DNA of 64,000 bases from the human T2T-CHM13v2.0 reference genome, Homo sapiens: NCBI RefSeq assembly GCF_009914755.1, contig NC_060929.1. One strand, written 5' to 3'. The position numbers and the translations under genes are program-made. Positions 13,356-27,420 of this stretch are shown in pieces; position 1 is the first letter of the stretch, and every line of letters begins with the position of its first letter. The notes under the pieces were generated by a model that saw only the letters and a list, made by a program, of their open reading frames with translations, was not told where the DNA came from and ran no database searches.

Positions 13356-13631
13356 AGCCAGGTGTGGTGGTATGCACTTGTAATCCCAGCACTGTAGGAG
13401 GCTGGGGCAGAGGAATCATTTGAGCCCAGGAGCTCAAGACCAGCCTGCGCAACATAGTGGGACCCTGTCTCTACAAAAAAAAAAAAAATTAGCCAGGCAT
13501 GGTGGCATTTACTTGTAGTCCCAGCTACTCAGGAGGATGGCTTGAACCCAGAAGGTCAAGACTGCAGTGAGTCATGATCACACCATTGCAGTCCAGCCTG
13601 GGTGACAGATTGAGACCTATCTCAAAGAAAA
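13356..13631 (+). mobile_element. Alu, AluJ-like, with TSD GAAATAGACAC
   Basis: Dimer; TSD at 13345-13355 and 13632-13642. Confidence 0.9.
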
Positions 13632-14024
13632 GAAATAGACACTTAGAAAATTACTGAATTGAGTGTGAGTGCCAAACATACATATCTATGTGTATATGTA
13701 GATTCTTAATATATGTAAAATACTATTATACTCAAGTACACAAAAGTCTGAGGGACATTTTACATGTAATGGAGGAAAAATGTCAAAAGAGCACATCCAT
13801 ATACACATGAATGTGTGTAAAACAGAATGTAAATTTTATCTCTAAGAAATGTGATGTGTTTTCACAAAATTAACTTAGGTTTTTAATGTAGTTTGAGGAC
13901 CTATTCAGTATTGTGTCATTTCTTAGAAATGCTCAGATAAAGAACTAAAAACCATACTCAGGGATTAGCCTCACCCAGATATTAAAGTTATTCTAAATAA
14001 AAAAATTTAGTCAGTACTACCCAA

Positions 14025-15675
14025 AACAGTTTCTATATTCAACGTAATCCCTATCAAAATACCAATGACATTCTTCACATAAACAGAAAAAATTTATATG
14101 GAACCAAAAAAGACCCCAAATTTCCAAAGCAATCCTGAGGAAAAAGAAAAAAGCTGGAGGCATCACACTACCTGACTTAAAAATACATTACAAAGCTGTA
14201 GTAACCAAATCAGCTTGATACTAGCATAAAAACACATAGACCAATCCCAGAATAGAGAATCCAGATATAAATACAGATATTTACAGGCAACTTACTTTTG
14301 ACAAAGGCACCAAGAACATAAAATGAGGAAAGGACAGTCTCTTCAATAAATAATGCTGTGAAAAATAAACTCAAAATGGATTAAATACTTAAATCTGAGA
14401 CATGAAACTACTAGAAGAAAACATTGAAGAAACACTCCAGGATGTTGGTCTGTGCAAAATACTTTCTGTTTAAGATTTCAAAATATAGGCAACCAAAGGA
14501 AGAAATAGACAAATGGGATTACGTCAAGCTAAAAAGCTTCTGTACAGCAAAAGAAACAATCAACAAAATGAAGAGACAACCTACAGAATGGGAGAAAATA
14601 TTTGCAAACTATCTGTTTGACAAGTGATTAATAACTAGAATATCAGGAATATATAAGGAACTCAATAGCAAAACAATAACAACAGAAACTGATTAAAAGC
14701 CAAAAGATGTGAGTAGACATTCTCAAATGAAGACATCAATGGCCAGCAGATACAGCAAAAAATGCCGAACATCACTCATCATCAGAGAAATACAAACAAA
14801 AAGCACAGTGAAATATTATCTTGCCTTAATTAAAATGGCCTTTTTCAAAAAGACAGGTAATAGTGAATACTGGTGAGGATGTGAAGAAAAGGGAATCCTC
14901 ATATACTGTTGGTGGGAATGTAAATTAGTACAGCCTTTATGGAACACTGTATGGTGGTTTCTCAGAATACTAAAAATAGAGCTGCTGTATGATCCAGCAA
15001 TTCCACTAGTAGGTATGTATCCAAAAGAAAGGGAATCAGTATACTGAAGAGATGCACGCCCATGTTTATTGCAGTACTATTCACAAAATAGCCAAAATAT
15101 GGAATCAACCTAAGTCCCCCATCAGTGGATGAATAGAGAAAAGGTGTATGTATACACAATGGAATATTACTCAGCCATAAAAAAGAATAAAGTCCTGTCA
15201 TTTTCAGCAACATAGAGGGAACTAGAGGTCATTATGTTAAGTGAAATAAGCAAAACACAGACAAATATTATATGTTCTCACTCATATGTGGCAATTAAAG
15301 TGGATTTTAAGAAGATAGAGAATAGATTGGTGGTTACCAGAGGCTGGGAAGGGTAGAGGAGGGAGGTGTTGAAGAGAGCTTGATTAATGGGGACAAATAT
15401 ACTGTCTGATAGGAGAAATAACACACAGTGTTTAATAGCTCAGTAGGGTGACTGTAGTTGACAGCAATCTATTTTATATTTCAAAATAGCTGGAAGAAGA
15501 TAATTTGAATGTTTTTACCATACAGAAAAGACAAATATTAAGGTGGTGGATATCTGAATTACACTGATGCAATCTTTACAAATTATATGAATGTATTTAT
15601 CACATGTATCCCAGAAATACGTGCCTCTATTATCTGTCAATAATAAAACATAATTTTATTTGAAAAAGAAAAAAG
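14025..15675 (+). mobile_element. L1 3' fragment (end of ORF2 plus 3'UTR), L1MA-like
   Basis: IDKWDYVKLKSFCTAKETINKMKRQPTEWEKIFANY (ORF 14424..14627) is L1 ORF2p; L1MA-style 3'UTR with A-rich end. Confidence 0.9.
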
Positions 15676-17653
15676 TCTGGCAGGGAAAAAGTGGATAGGT
15701 CAGTAGGACAGAGAGAATGCAGACGTGAGACAGTTTAGACTATTGAGAAAGGTTGCATTTTTTTTCAACTTTATATTACAAAAATTTAACCATGCAGAAA
15801 AGTTCTAAGATTAGCACAATGAACCCCTTCACCAACAGGTATCCTGCCACTTTGTCCTTAAGTACATCTGCTAAGAATATTCTCCTATATAAAAAATTAA
15901 GGTCAGTTCTGTGGTATCATCTAATATCCAGAATACATTTGACTTTTACCAATCCAGTTGTCCTAAATATATTTTTAATATCTTTTCAAAGCATGTTCAA
16001 ATCTAGCTTTTCACACATTGCATTTGATTTTTACATCTCTTATGGAGGCTCTTTTAATCTAAAGCAATCTTACACCTTTTTCACCCCATGACACTAATTT
16101 TTGGTTTTTGAAGAGTTTGGCTACTTTTGTTGTAGAATATTTCATATTCTAAACTCCACTCTTTTCTGCTGGTGTTGTTTAATTTGTTTTCTGTATTTCC
16201 TATCAAGTAGAAATTAGCTTTAAGGTTTTACTAGTTTCCAGTTACACATTTTTGGCAAGAGTACTTGGTAAGCAGTGTTGTGCACTTTACATTGTATCTT
16301 ATCATTATCATAAAATGGTCTCAGTATCAGTGGTGTTTAGGTGGTGAACCTCTCTTTATTGTAAAAGTACATATTTTTCCCTTTGCAATTAGTAAATAAT
16401 CTGTGGGATGATACTTTGAGATCATGTAAATATACAATTTCCCATTAATCTTTTACTTAAAGGGGGTAGCATTCAGTGAATCTCATTTTATCAGTTTTTA
16501 CAAAGTCATTGGAAAAACGATGATTTTTTAAAATTTTATCATTCTAAAGATTACATTTTAAAATCAGCATATAAGAATGGATTGTTTAATAAATGATGTT
16601 GGTGATTGTCTAGGTATTTTGCAATTTTAGCTGGATTCCTGGATCACTGAAAGCAAAAGTGTTCTAGATTAATAAGCTGTTTGTATTTTTTAAGTCATAA
16701 AATTATAAGAAAAACGTGGGCGAATTTTTGGTATTCTAAGAGTTGAGAAGGCATTATTTCTAAGCAGACCGAAAACCTCGATTGTAGAAATGAGAAAAAA
16801 AGATTAATTATAAATTTGTATATAAGAGAACATAAATATATAAATTACATAAATATAAAACAAATATGGGGGATATATGCAACATTTATTATAAACACAA
16901 AGTATTGATTTAATATACCGAAATCTCATACAGATCGATAAGAACAAGACAAAAATGAACTAAAGAAGTAAACAGGCAATTTACTGGAAAAGAATAGCCA
17001 AGTCGATACAGAAAGATTTAATAAATATATGAAATTGTGGTCACCTTAGCTCATAGAGATGCATTCAAAATTAAGATGAAATAAAATTTTATATCAGATT
17101 GATAAACATTTCAGTCTTCATAGTGATATAAATTGGTGCAACTTTTTTAGAGAACCGTGTGTTTGACAGTATCTATCATATAATTTAAAATTCATATACC
17201 TCACTCAGTAGTCCAAAATCTACCTCCCTTAAAAGAAGGGGAAAGGGATAAAAACATACTCAGACTGTTCTAACAAGTTCTACCAAACATTAAATGAAGA
17301 GATATGCTAATCTTAATCCATTCCAGAAAAAAGAAAAACAGCAACACTTTCTTAACTCTTTTTATAAAGTTAAATTACAATCTGGATACCAAAATCAGGT
17401 GAAGTGAGGGGAGTATGAGAAAGGAAAATTATAAATCAGTCATCACATATGAACATTCATGTCCTGTTCCCGAATTGAAACAAAATGTTTCTAATTTTTT
17501 CTACCACTAGGTAAGATTAAATCAATCTCTTTTTCTTTTTTCCATACAGATGGGGTCTTGCTGTATTGCACAGGCTAGACTCAAACTCCTGGGCTTAAGT
17601 GATCCTTAAGCCTTAAGGTGAAACAAATTTTTTAAACAAATATTAAGAAACCA

Positions 17654-17961
17654 GGCCAGGCATGATTGCTCACTCTTGTAATCCTATCACTTTGGGAGGC
17701 CAGAACGGGCAGATTGCTTGAAGCTTAGGAACTCAAGACCAGCCTGGGCAACATGGTGAAACTCCATCTCTCTCCACAAAAAATTAGCCAGGCAAGGTGG
17801 TGTGTGCCTGTAGTCCCAGCTATTTGGAGGCTGAGGTGGGAGGATGGCTTGAGCCTGGGAGGCAGAGGTTGCAGTGAGCTGAGATCACGCCACTGCACTC
17901 TAGCCTGGACAACAGAGTGAGACTCTGTCTCAAAAAAAAAAAAAAAACAAAAAACAAAAAA
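17654..17961 (+). mobile_element. Alu (AluJ/S)
   Basis: Dimer plus A/C tail; preceded by an antisense Alu fragment at about 17528-17610. Confidence 0.9.
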
Positions 17962-18155
17962 CGAATAAGCAGTGTTATCAACCTATATGACAAAATTGGA
18001 TATATATATGAATTGATTAGTAGAAGACAATTAATATAATTCAGATTATGGGCCTGGGGTCCTGTGAGCCTTTTAATAGGTCTCAAAAGAGCATTCAGAA
18101 AGATTCAACTTCCATTCATGACATTTAAAACTTTTCACTGAATAAAAATACATTA

Positions 18156-18545
18156 AGCACTTTGGGAGGCTGAGACTGGTGGATCACGAGGTCAGCAGAT
18201 TGAGACCATCCTCGCTAACACAGTGAAACCCGTGTGTACTAAAAATACAAAAAAATTAGCTAGGCGTAGTGGCAGGCGCCTGTAGTCCCAGCTACTCCGA
18301 AGGCTGAGGCAGGAGAATGGGGTTAGCCTGGGAGGCGGAGCTTGCAGTGAGCCGAGATCGCCTGGGCAACTGAGCAAGACTCCGTCTCAAAAAAAAAAGA
18401 AGAAAAATACATTAAGCTGGGTGTGATGGTGCACATCTGTAGTCCCAGCTACTCAAGTGGCCAAGGCAGGAGGATCACTTAAGCCCAGGAGTTTAAGTCT
18501 AGCCTGTGCAATACAGCAAGACCCCATCTGTATGGAAAAAAAAGG
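18156..18545 (+). mobile_element. 5'-truncated AluY-like copy followed by an Alu monomer
   Basis: ctaacacagtgaaaccc and ggcggagcttgcagtgagccgagatcg Y diagnostics; TSD aaaaatacattaagc; monomer at about 18416-18545. Confidence 0.85.
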
Positions 18546-19939
18546 AGAAGAGGTTGATTTAATGTTACCTAGTGGTAGAAAAAATTAGAAACATTTTGTT
18601 TCAATTCAGGAACAGGCCATGAATGCCTATAATGACATTTATTTAGTGGGTGTCCCAGCCAATACAGGAAGATAAGAAGCGTTAAACTATGTATAATTAT
18701 TGGTAAGGAAGAAAAAAGTGTCATTTTCAGGTGACATAATTGTCTTCATAGAAAATCCAAGATAAGCTACAGACAAGATACTAGAATTAATAAAAGCATT
18801 CCACTTAGTTACTGGACACAGCATCATTATAATGAAATCAATTGCATTTTTATATACAGAAATAAGCAGTTATAATCTTTTTTGATAGCATTAACAGTTT
18901 AAAAGAGCACCACAAGATACCTAGGAATAAATTTAATGAAAGATGTAAAAGACTTTTGTGGAGCAAATTACAAAACTTTTGAAAGAGATAGAAGAAAAGA
19001 AAATGAAGAGTTATGCCATCTTCATGGATAGGAAGACTCAATAGGGTAAAGATTATTATTACACCCGTATCTATAAATTCAGTATAACACTGATAAAAAA
19101 TCTCAAGGAAGGTTTTTGTGGAATTTAACCTGCTTCTAAAAATTCATATAGAAGTTGTTCAAGAATAGACAAAATAATAAGGAATGAAGTGTAGCAGCTC
19201 AGTCTAACAACAGTCAAGATTTATTGTAATATTGGTGCAGACATGGAAAAATAACATATAGTGAAGTAGAACATGATGAAGAGCTTAGGAACATACCCAT
19301 GGACAAATGTAAACTTGGTCCATATGGCATTATATCTTAATGGGGGAAAGAATGATTTCTTTAATTAATGATGCAGTTGTTCATATGGAAACAAGTAACA
19401 TTGGATCCCTATCTCACACTTAAAAATAAGTTTTACATGGGTTAAAGACCTAACTGAAAAACCAAAACTGTAAGGCTTTTAGAAGATACAGGAGGCTGTC
19501 TTTTTATGACTTTGTGTAAAGGAGGGGATCTGAATGGCCAGTACACAAGAGAAGATGCTTGGCTTCACTAGTAATCAAGGAAATCCAAAGTAAAGTGACT
19601 GTCAGAAACATTTCCTACCCTTAGAATGATAAAAATTATTGGCAAGGATATAGAACAGTGGGAACTCTCATACGCTACCAATGAATACAAATGGTCATAA
19701 GTAATCTGTTATTTAGTAAGGTTAAAATATGCATATCTGGCAATTTCACTCCTAGGTATTGGCACCTAGAGCTCTTACACATTTATAAAAACAGTCCTTA
19801 TGTACAAGAACATACATTGCAGCATTGTTTATGGCAGCAAGCATTTTAAGCGATTTGAACATCCACATAAGAATGAACAAATAAATAGTGTACATCATAC
19901 AGCAGAGTATGTGTAATTATTTAAAATAAATGAATTTAC

Positions 19940-20236
19940 ACCAGGCACAGTGGCTCACATCTACCTGTAATCCCAGTGCTTTGGGAGGCTAAGGCAGAAG
20001 GATCATTTGAAGCCAGGAGTTTGAGAGCAGCCTGGGCAACATAGCAAGACCCCATCTCTACCAAAAAAAGAAAAAGCCAGATGTGGTGGCAGTTTCCTGT
20101 AGTCCTAGCTACTCAGAAGGCTAAGGCAAGAGGATCACTTGAACCCAGGAGTTTGAGGTTACAGTGAGCTATGATCATGCCAGTGAACTCCAGTCTAGGT
20201 AACAGAGCTGTCTGTAAAAAAAATAAATAAATAAAA
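19940..20236 (+). mobile_element. Alu, AluJ-like
   Basis: Diverged dimer plus (TAAA)n tail. Confidence 0.85.
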
Positions 20237-20711
20237 GAATTTAAAACTATATATATATATATATATAAAATCTCAGTATAATATTAAATGGAAAAACAAG
20301 TTATATAAGGATAGATACATATATCATCTATATAAAATTATAATGTAAAAACAACACAATGAATTACTTAGGAATATATTCATGCATAGCAAAGGTATAA
20401 AGATAACACATAGGCAGAATAAACTCAGATCAAAATAGTGGTTACCTCTAGGGAGTAAAAGGAAAGGAATAGAGGAGAGAAATAACAGATAAATGGAGAT
20501 CTTCAACTATATTTGTAATGTTTTAGTTCTTTTCAAAAATAGATTGGAATCTGGCAGAGTGTTAAGATTTGATGAAACTAGTCAGTACATGAGTATCTGT
20601 TATATTATTCTCTGTAATTTCTATATGCTTAAAATATTTGTGAATAATTACTATTCTCCAAGAATGTTAAGAATCTTTTATTAAACCTTTTTTTATTCTT
20701 ATTAATTTCAG

Positions 20712-20872
20712 CATCGGTATCAAGTCCCATTGTTGCAGGTGGTTTGAGAAACATACATGATAATAAAGTTTCTGGTCCGTTGTCTGGCAATTCAGCTAAT
20801 CATCATGCTGATAATCCTAGACATGGTTCAAGTGAGGACTACCTACACATGGTGCACAGGCTAAGTAGTGAC
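20712..20872 (+). CDS. NIPBL: NIPBL exon 7 (161 nt)
   Basis: tttcag|CATCGG...GAC|gtatgt; SVSSPIVAGGLRNIHDNKVSGPLSGNSANHHADNPRHGSSEDYLHMVHRLSSD. Confidence 0.96.
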
Positions 20873-21029
20873 GTATGTAATATATTATCATTAAGGTGAT
20901 AAAATAGTTCTAATATTTGTCATATAACCTAGTATTTCCATTTCAAAATTTGAATGATACCTACCGTATATCATTATACTGGGTACTGAGTACAACATGG
21001 CTCCTGCACATACAGAGCTTAGTCTAGAG

Positions 21030-21198
21030 CAGGATTGGTCAAGTGTGACCAGTAGCCTGAACCACAAAGTGAGAATGGTTTTTACATTTATAAAGAGTTA
21101 TTTAAAAAAAAAAAAATGTGATAGAGACTGTATGTGGCCCACAGAGCCTAAAATATTTATTCTCTGTTCCTTTATAATGAAAAGTTGGCTGACCCCTG
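21030..21198. mobile_element. MER58-family hAT-Charlie fossil
   Basis: gagactgtatgtggcccacagagcctaaaatattta...aaagttggctgacccctg terminal motif. Confidence 0.7.
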
Positions 21199-21780
21199 AC
21201 CTTGAGGTTTAGGTTCTTAATGAAATATTTCAGTTTTAGGTTAATACTGCTCACACTAAAATTTTTTTTTTTTTAGATAATGAGCCTGTATTTATTAGTA
21301 CTTGACTCTTTTTCCCTCTGATACTTGTACAAAGTTTTGTGTCTGAAATTTAATATTGCCTTGATGTTATTAAAATATTCCACATTCTGGAAATTTGCCT
21401 TGTTATTGATTTGATTGTAATTTATGTAAGCTGCATGTGTCTAAGGATAACACAGATGACAATAAACTCTGCCCTCAAGTCATTTACCACCTGGTAGAGT
21501 ATTCATAGCTCCTTTTGTAGAAAAAAGCAAACAAAAATGGAGCATACTAGTAATACAAATTTTCTTATTCATTGCCATGCTTAGGCTGTTGATTCTTTTG
21601 GATACAATTTCAATTCTTCTAAGATATACCAAGAAGAAAACAGGAAAGTGCAGAAGAATTATGCTTTTGAATTCCAACACTTTACCTGTCAGTAATTTAT
21701 GTCTCTTATTGGTTCTCTTTTAAGATTTCTATAAAGCCTCTCCTGTCATTCAAAAGATAAATTGTATACTCTATTTTTAG

Positions 21781-21877
21781 GATGGAGATTCTTCAACAAT
21801 GAGGAATGCTGCATCTTTTCCCTTGAGATCTCCACAGCCAGTATGCTCCCCTGCTGGAAGTGAAGGAACTCCTAAAG
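21781..21877 (+). CDS. NIPBL: NIPBL exon 8 (97 nt)
   Basis: tttttag|GATGGA...AAAG|gtacta; DGDSSTMRNAASFPLRSPQPVCSPAGSEGTPK. Confidence 0.96.
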
Positions 21878-23159
21878 GTACTACTGTAACTAAAATTTCC
21901 TTCTGTATATTTTATATTTGAAGTTGAATAAAGAACTCAGACTTCCTAAAGCAGATATTAAAAAGTTATTCTGTATTTTTTTTTCATTGTAGAAAAAAAA
22001 ATAAACCTGTACAAGCAGGTCTGGATCATGGGATTTAAATCTGTCCCTATTCATTGATTCATTTATCTTCCACTTACCCAGTAATCTGTTGATAGTATTC
22101 TCGGATACATCCAGTATCCATTCTCTTTAATAAATCCAGTGGTCTTTTCAAACCACAACGTTCTTCTCTTAAACATTTGAAAATTTTGATCAGCTTTCCT
22201 CTTTCCTCCAAAAAGACTTATTTCATATGAGCCCATCTGTTTTTCTCCCACTTCTTTCATTGATACTTTTTTTCTTCATTAGCTCCTCTCCTTATTCTTA
22301 TTCTTCTCAAGATTTCTATTATTAGACCTTTTATCACTCATTGTACTTTTTTCCCTGGCCGTTTTATTAAGTTTCATTAACAGCATTGATTATTTTCATG
22401 CATAAGACTCCTAAATCAATCTTTGGCTCCAGTCTTGTCTCCCAAGTTCTAATTCTTCATTTCCAGACAAAACTTCCTTCATACCTAGCGGATATTTCCA
22501 ATTCATCTTCAAAATGGTTTTCACTGTTCTTTCTACCATCCCATCTGTCTTAATGCTATTCCAGTCCTGAATCATTGTAACTTAAAAATTTTAAGTTATC
22601 ATAAAGCCTCTTTTCAACTATTTAGTCATTTATCAAATCTAACCTGTTCTGTTAATTTTTAAATCTCTCACGTCTACTTTTATCTCTGCCTTTTAAAATT
22701 CTTTTATTCCAGATCTAAGTTAAATGGGTGATCTTCCATGGGCCCTCCCCTAATCTCCTCAAGCTATTAGTTTATATTTTTTGTAAGAACTTTTACTACT
22801 TTATGCACACGAATTTCAGTTTATCTTTGAATTTTCAAAGAACCTTGCATGGTCTTCTATCTGTAACAGATTCACAAAATTGTGAATTTAAGTCCAGGTT
22901 TGAGCCAGTTTTTAAAATACTTAAAATTGTAGTCAAATAGCTTTAATTATCAGTTTGTTGGAAGAGAAAACTGTCTTCTACTTTTTAAAATTAGCTTATA
23001 ATTAATTTTAACATAGCTGGTAATATATTCTCTCAAGTAATGAGAATTTCTAATTATAGCCATCTGAAACATAAAGATATTTTACCTCGTATCTGCTTCA
23101 TATGGTAAAGATCTTTTTTTCACTGATTGTGTTCGTACTATTTATCAAGGACATTTTTC

Positions 23160-23776
<617 letters not shown>

Positions 23777-25611
23777 TATCAAGGACATTTTTCATAGAGT
23801 GAAAGTTGAGCTGTTATGAGCCATTTCAATTCTGTAAATTGTATGAATTTTCAGGGATAAAAACCCGGCTTCTGAAAGAGAGAAAAACTTCCAGAGTAAC
23901 TATTTGTAGGTTAGATACATATCCCACAAGTGTTGTCAAGGTGAGAAGTTATTTAGATTGCCGGGGAAAGAGAACAGGGAGATAGGTGATTGATCTAGAT
24001 AACTAGCTTTTTTTCTTCTGACTCTTGAGATTAGATAGATAAATAGTAGATGAACTTTAGATAGAAATGGAAAACTTTAAAACAAATAACCTCACTAATA
24101 TATTATTCACCAAAAGCTTGAACTTCTGTCATGAAGTTGTTTTCTAACTAGTTTTGAAGGGTAAGTGCATTGTCAGTCTATCTTGATTTTTAGATTAATT
24201 ATTAGAATTTGAAGTTTGTTCTAAAGTGTATATAATTTGCCACATAGAATTTAAATACAAAGGCATAATGGTATATTACAATTCAGACTTAGACAAATCT
24301 TGTTTTAAATCTTCAGGTTTGTTAACTACATAACCTTGGGCAAATTTCTTAACCTCTGTAGGCTTCATGTTCCATTTCTGAAAAATTTTAAAGATAATAC
24401 TCAAGAATGTTGTAAAAATCAAGTGAATTGATATGTAAAGCACCTTTCACAACTCTGACACAAAATGTTAGACTAACATTTATAGTTAATTGCTCCCATA
24501 TCATCTTTATCACACTAGAGTCAATAAATAAAGTTGTATGTTTATATATAACATTTAAAATACATTAACCTTGCTAACTGAAAGTCCAGATTTATGTATC
24601 ATGGAAAAAGACTGAAAGCTTAATTGAAGGCAGTTCTAGGTTTAAGTTCTGTCTGTAAAAAAACTTTTATCTTGACCAATTTTTACAATTTCTTACAAGT
24701 TTTTAAATATTTTATAGTTTAGTGATAAGAAATGTATACATTATTCAGATGCAGTTATACTATTATTTCTGAAGCATATCAATGCACTTTTTCCTTCATG
24801 TCTGAAGGAGAATTTTTGTCTGAAGGCTTATTAACTAGGATAATTTTTCCATCTGATTATTTTTAACACTTTCCTGTTTCATATAACATTGGTTGATTTA
24901 ATGGACTCTGGGCTCAATATATTTTATTGGGCCTTGAAATTTACTGAACTTATTTATTTTTCTAATAAAAAGAGGATTAGCAAGCTGAAGAGAGTATGTG
25001 AATGATGTTAAGGGAGAAAGAGAAGACCACATAAAAGTATAAATCAATATTTTACCACCAGTTTTTGAAGTAAGTAAAGGCTCTAGTAATTGTAAATTGA
25101 CCACTTGCTTTTTGTTATCATCCCAGTAGTATTCATGTAAGATAGTCTCTAGGATTAAATTGTTATTTTTGTGTAATTTAACAAAAGCGTACTTATTCTT
25201 ACTTTAATCAGGATATATCTGTTTTCCCAGATAGTCCATGAAAGAACAGAGATGGTCATACCCAAAATATTTGTGTTGTATCATCTTTAGAAGCAATGAA
25301 CTTTTTACCCCTATAAAGCTAAATATGTATACTTTATAGGCACAAAAATATAGAAATAATACTGGTCTGAAAAATTGAATACTCATACTTAGATTCAAAC
25401 CTAGATTTTAGATTAACTACTAGCAAGCTAAACAACTGTGTGGGACAAGTTTTTAAGCTTTCTTTTCATCTTTCGTAAATAAGTAGCTTGGATTATATAA
25501 TTTCTTATTTTTTTCTAGTATTACTATATTGTCACTTATTAATATTTCTATCACATTGTAAGAAAATGTGAAACCACCACAACTGTTACTTCTATCGAAT
25601 TATTTTTCTAG

Positions 25612-26238
25612 GCTCAAGACCACCTTTAATCCTACAATCTCAGTCTCTACCTTGTTCATCACCTCGAGATGTTCCACCAGATATCTTGCTAGATTCTCCA
25701 GAAAGAAAACAAAAGAAGCAGAAGAAAATGAAATTAGGCAAGGATGAAAAAGAGCAGAGTGAGAAAGCGGCAATGTATGATATAATTAGTTCTCCATCCA
25801 AGGACTCTACTAAACTTACATTAAGACTTTCTCGTGTAAGGTCTTCAGACATGGACCAGCAAGAGGATATGATTTCTGGTGTGGAAAATAGCAATGTTTC
25901 AGAAAATGATATTCCTTTTAATGTGCAGTACCCAGGACAGACTTCAAAAACACCCATTACTCCACAAGATATAAACCGCCCACTAAATGCTGCTCAATGT
26001 TTGTCGCAGCAAGAACAAACAGCATTCCTTCCAGCAAATCAAGTGCCTGTTTTACAACAGAACACTTCAGTTGCTGCAAAACAACCCCAGACTTCTGTGG
26101 TACAGAATCAACAACAGATATCACAACAGGGACCTATATATGATGAAGTGGAATTGGATGCATTGGCTGAAATTGAGCGAATAGAGAGAGAATCAGCTAT
26201 TGAAAGGGAGCGCTTCTCAAAAGAAGTTCAAGATAAAG
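25612..26238 (+). CDS. NIPBL: NIPBL exon 9 (627 nt), Q-rich region
   Basis: ttttctag|GCTCAAG...AAAG|gtaaaa; matches ORF 25686..26375 up to EVQDK. Confidence 0.97.
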
Positions 26239-27420
26239 GTAAAATAATCTCATTATTACCACTTCATCATCTGGGCAAATATGTAATTATAGTGTCAAAA
26301 ATTTTTTTCACATTACTTTTTTCCCGAATATTTTGTATAATTTATGTCTACTCAAGTACATATTTTTATTACTAATACTCATAATGCAGAAGTTAAATTC
26401 GTAACAATTTCATTTATTGTCTGAAACAACTATATGAGATTTGGTAATTCTCTACTACAGGTCTGTTACTCATTATGTACTATATGATTTTACTTATTTG
26501 TGCTTTTCTGCTAAAATGAACATTAGCATTTCTATATAACATGTATATTTCACAAGTTACATTAATATTGTTGTGCACCTTCAAATTTTTTTCTGCTAAA
26601 ACAAGGTTAACCACTGTAGAATTATTTTGAACAGGTACACTTAAGAAAAGCTCATGTGTATGCTTATTAGGCAGTTAGATATTTCACTTGGTTTATGATC
26701 CTACTGGCTTAATAATGTCAAATTTTTTTAGTAAACAAATCATGGAAAGAGTTAATATTAAATAGCAAACCTTAGAAATTAAGAGTCTTTTGGTGGTAAT
26801 TACAGTGAAGTGTTCCCTTTTGTCTGACTAGTATGTTAGGATGGAGTTTCAAGACATACCTGGTCTATGAGTTTATGAGCTTTCCTTGCGCTTCATAATC
26901 AAACAAAAATAAATTCATAGTAAGTTCTTAGTAATTTGGTATACACTGTATACAAAATTTCTTTCATGTTTTAAGAGACTGATGAATCAGTGATTCAAAT
27001 TAGCAATATAATTGATGAATTTGATTGCTATATAAATGCATATACACATTTGATCAGACCAAAAGCATGCTTTATGATTTAATTTTATGATTAAAATATT
27101 TTAGGTTGATTTTCAGTTCTTATATTTTATTTCTTGGTAATGATAAAACTTCTTGATATTGGGTAGAGCTGATTTTTATATATGATGTGTTCAGTGTTTG
27201 ACAGGATCATGACAAGATAATTGTGTTTCTATGCTAAGAAACATGCTGAAGATTAGTATTATATTTCCTGTCTGTCATGATGGCTCATTTTAATGTTATT
27301 GAAAAAAAATGGACTGTATTTAGTAATTGTTGTACTACAATGTTTGCAACATATGTAAATCAGAAATAGATGCAAATAAAGAGATTGCTAGAAGTCTTCA
27401 TTTTACTGGCTAGGGAGCTG

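Larger units (their letters stand above)
15750..20650. mobile_element. Patchwork of old L1M fragments interrupted by Alus
   Basis: L1 ORF2-like segments (catggataggaagactcaata, ggcaatttcactcctaggtat, gtggttacctctaggg); highly diverged, boundaries approximate. Confidence 0.65.

Noticed and set aside
26239-26375. Exon 9 ORF read-through into intron 9 (likewise exon 10 to 36190 and exon 11 to 45681)
   Set aside because: Good donors at the exon ends; the tails are AT-rich intron sequence with no supporting signal
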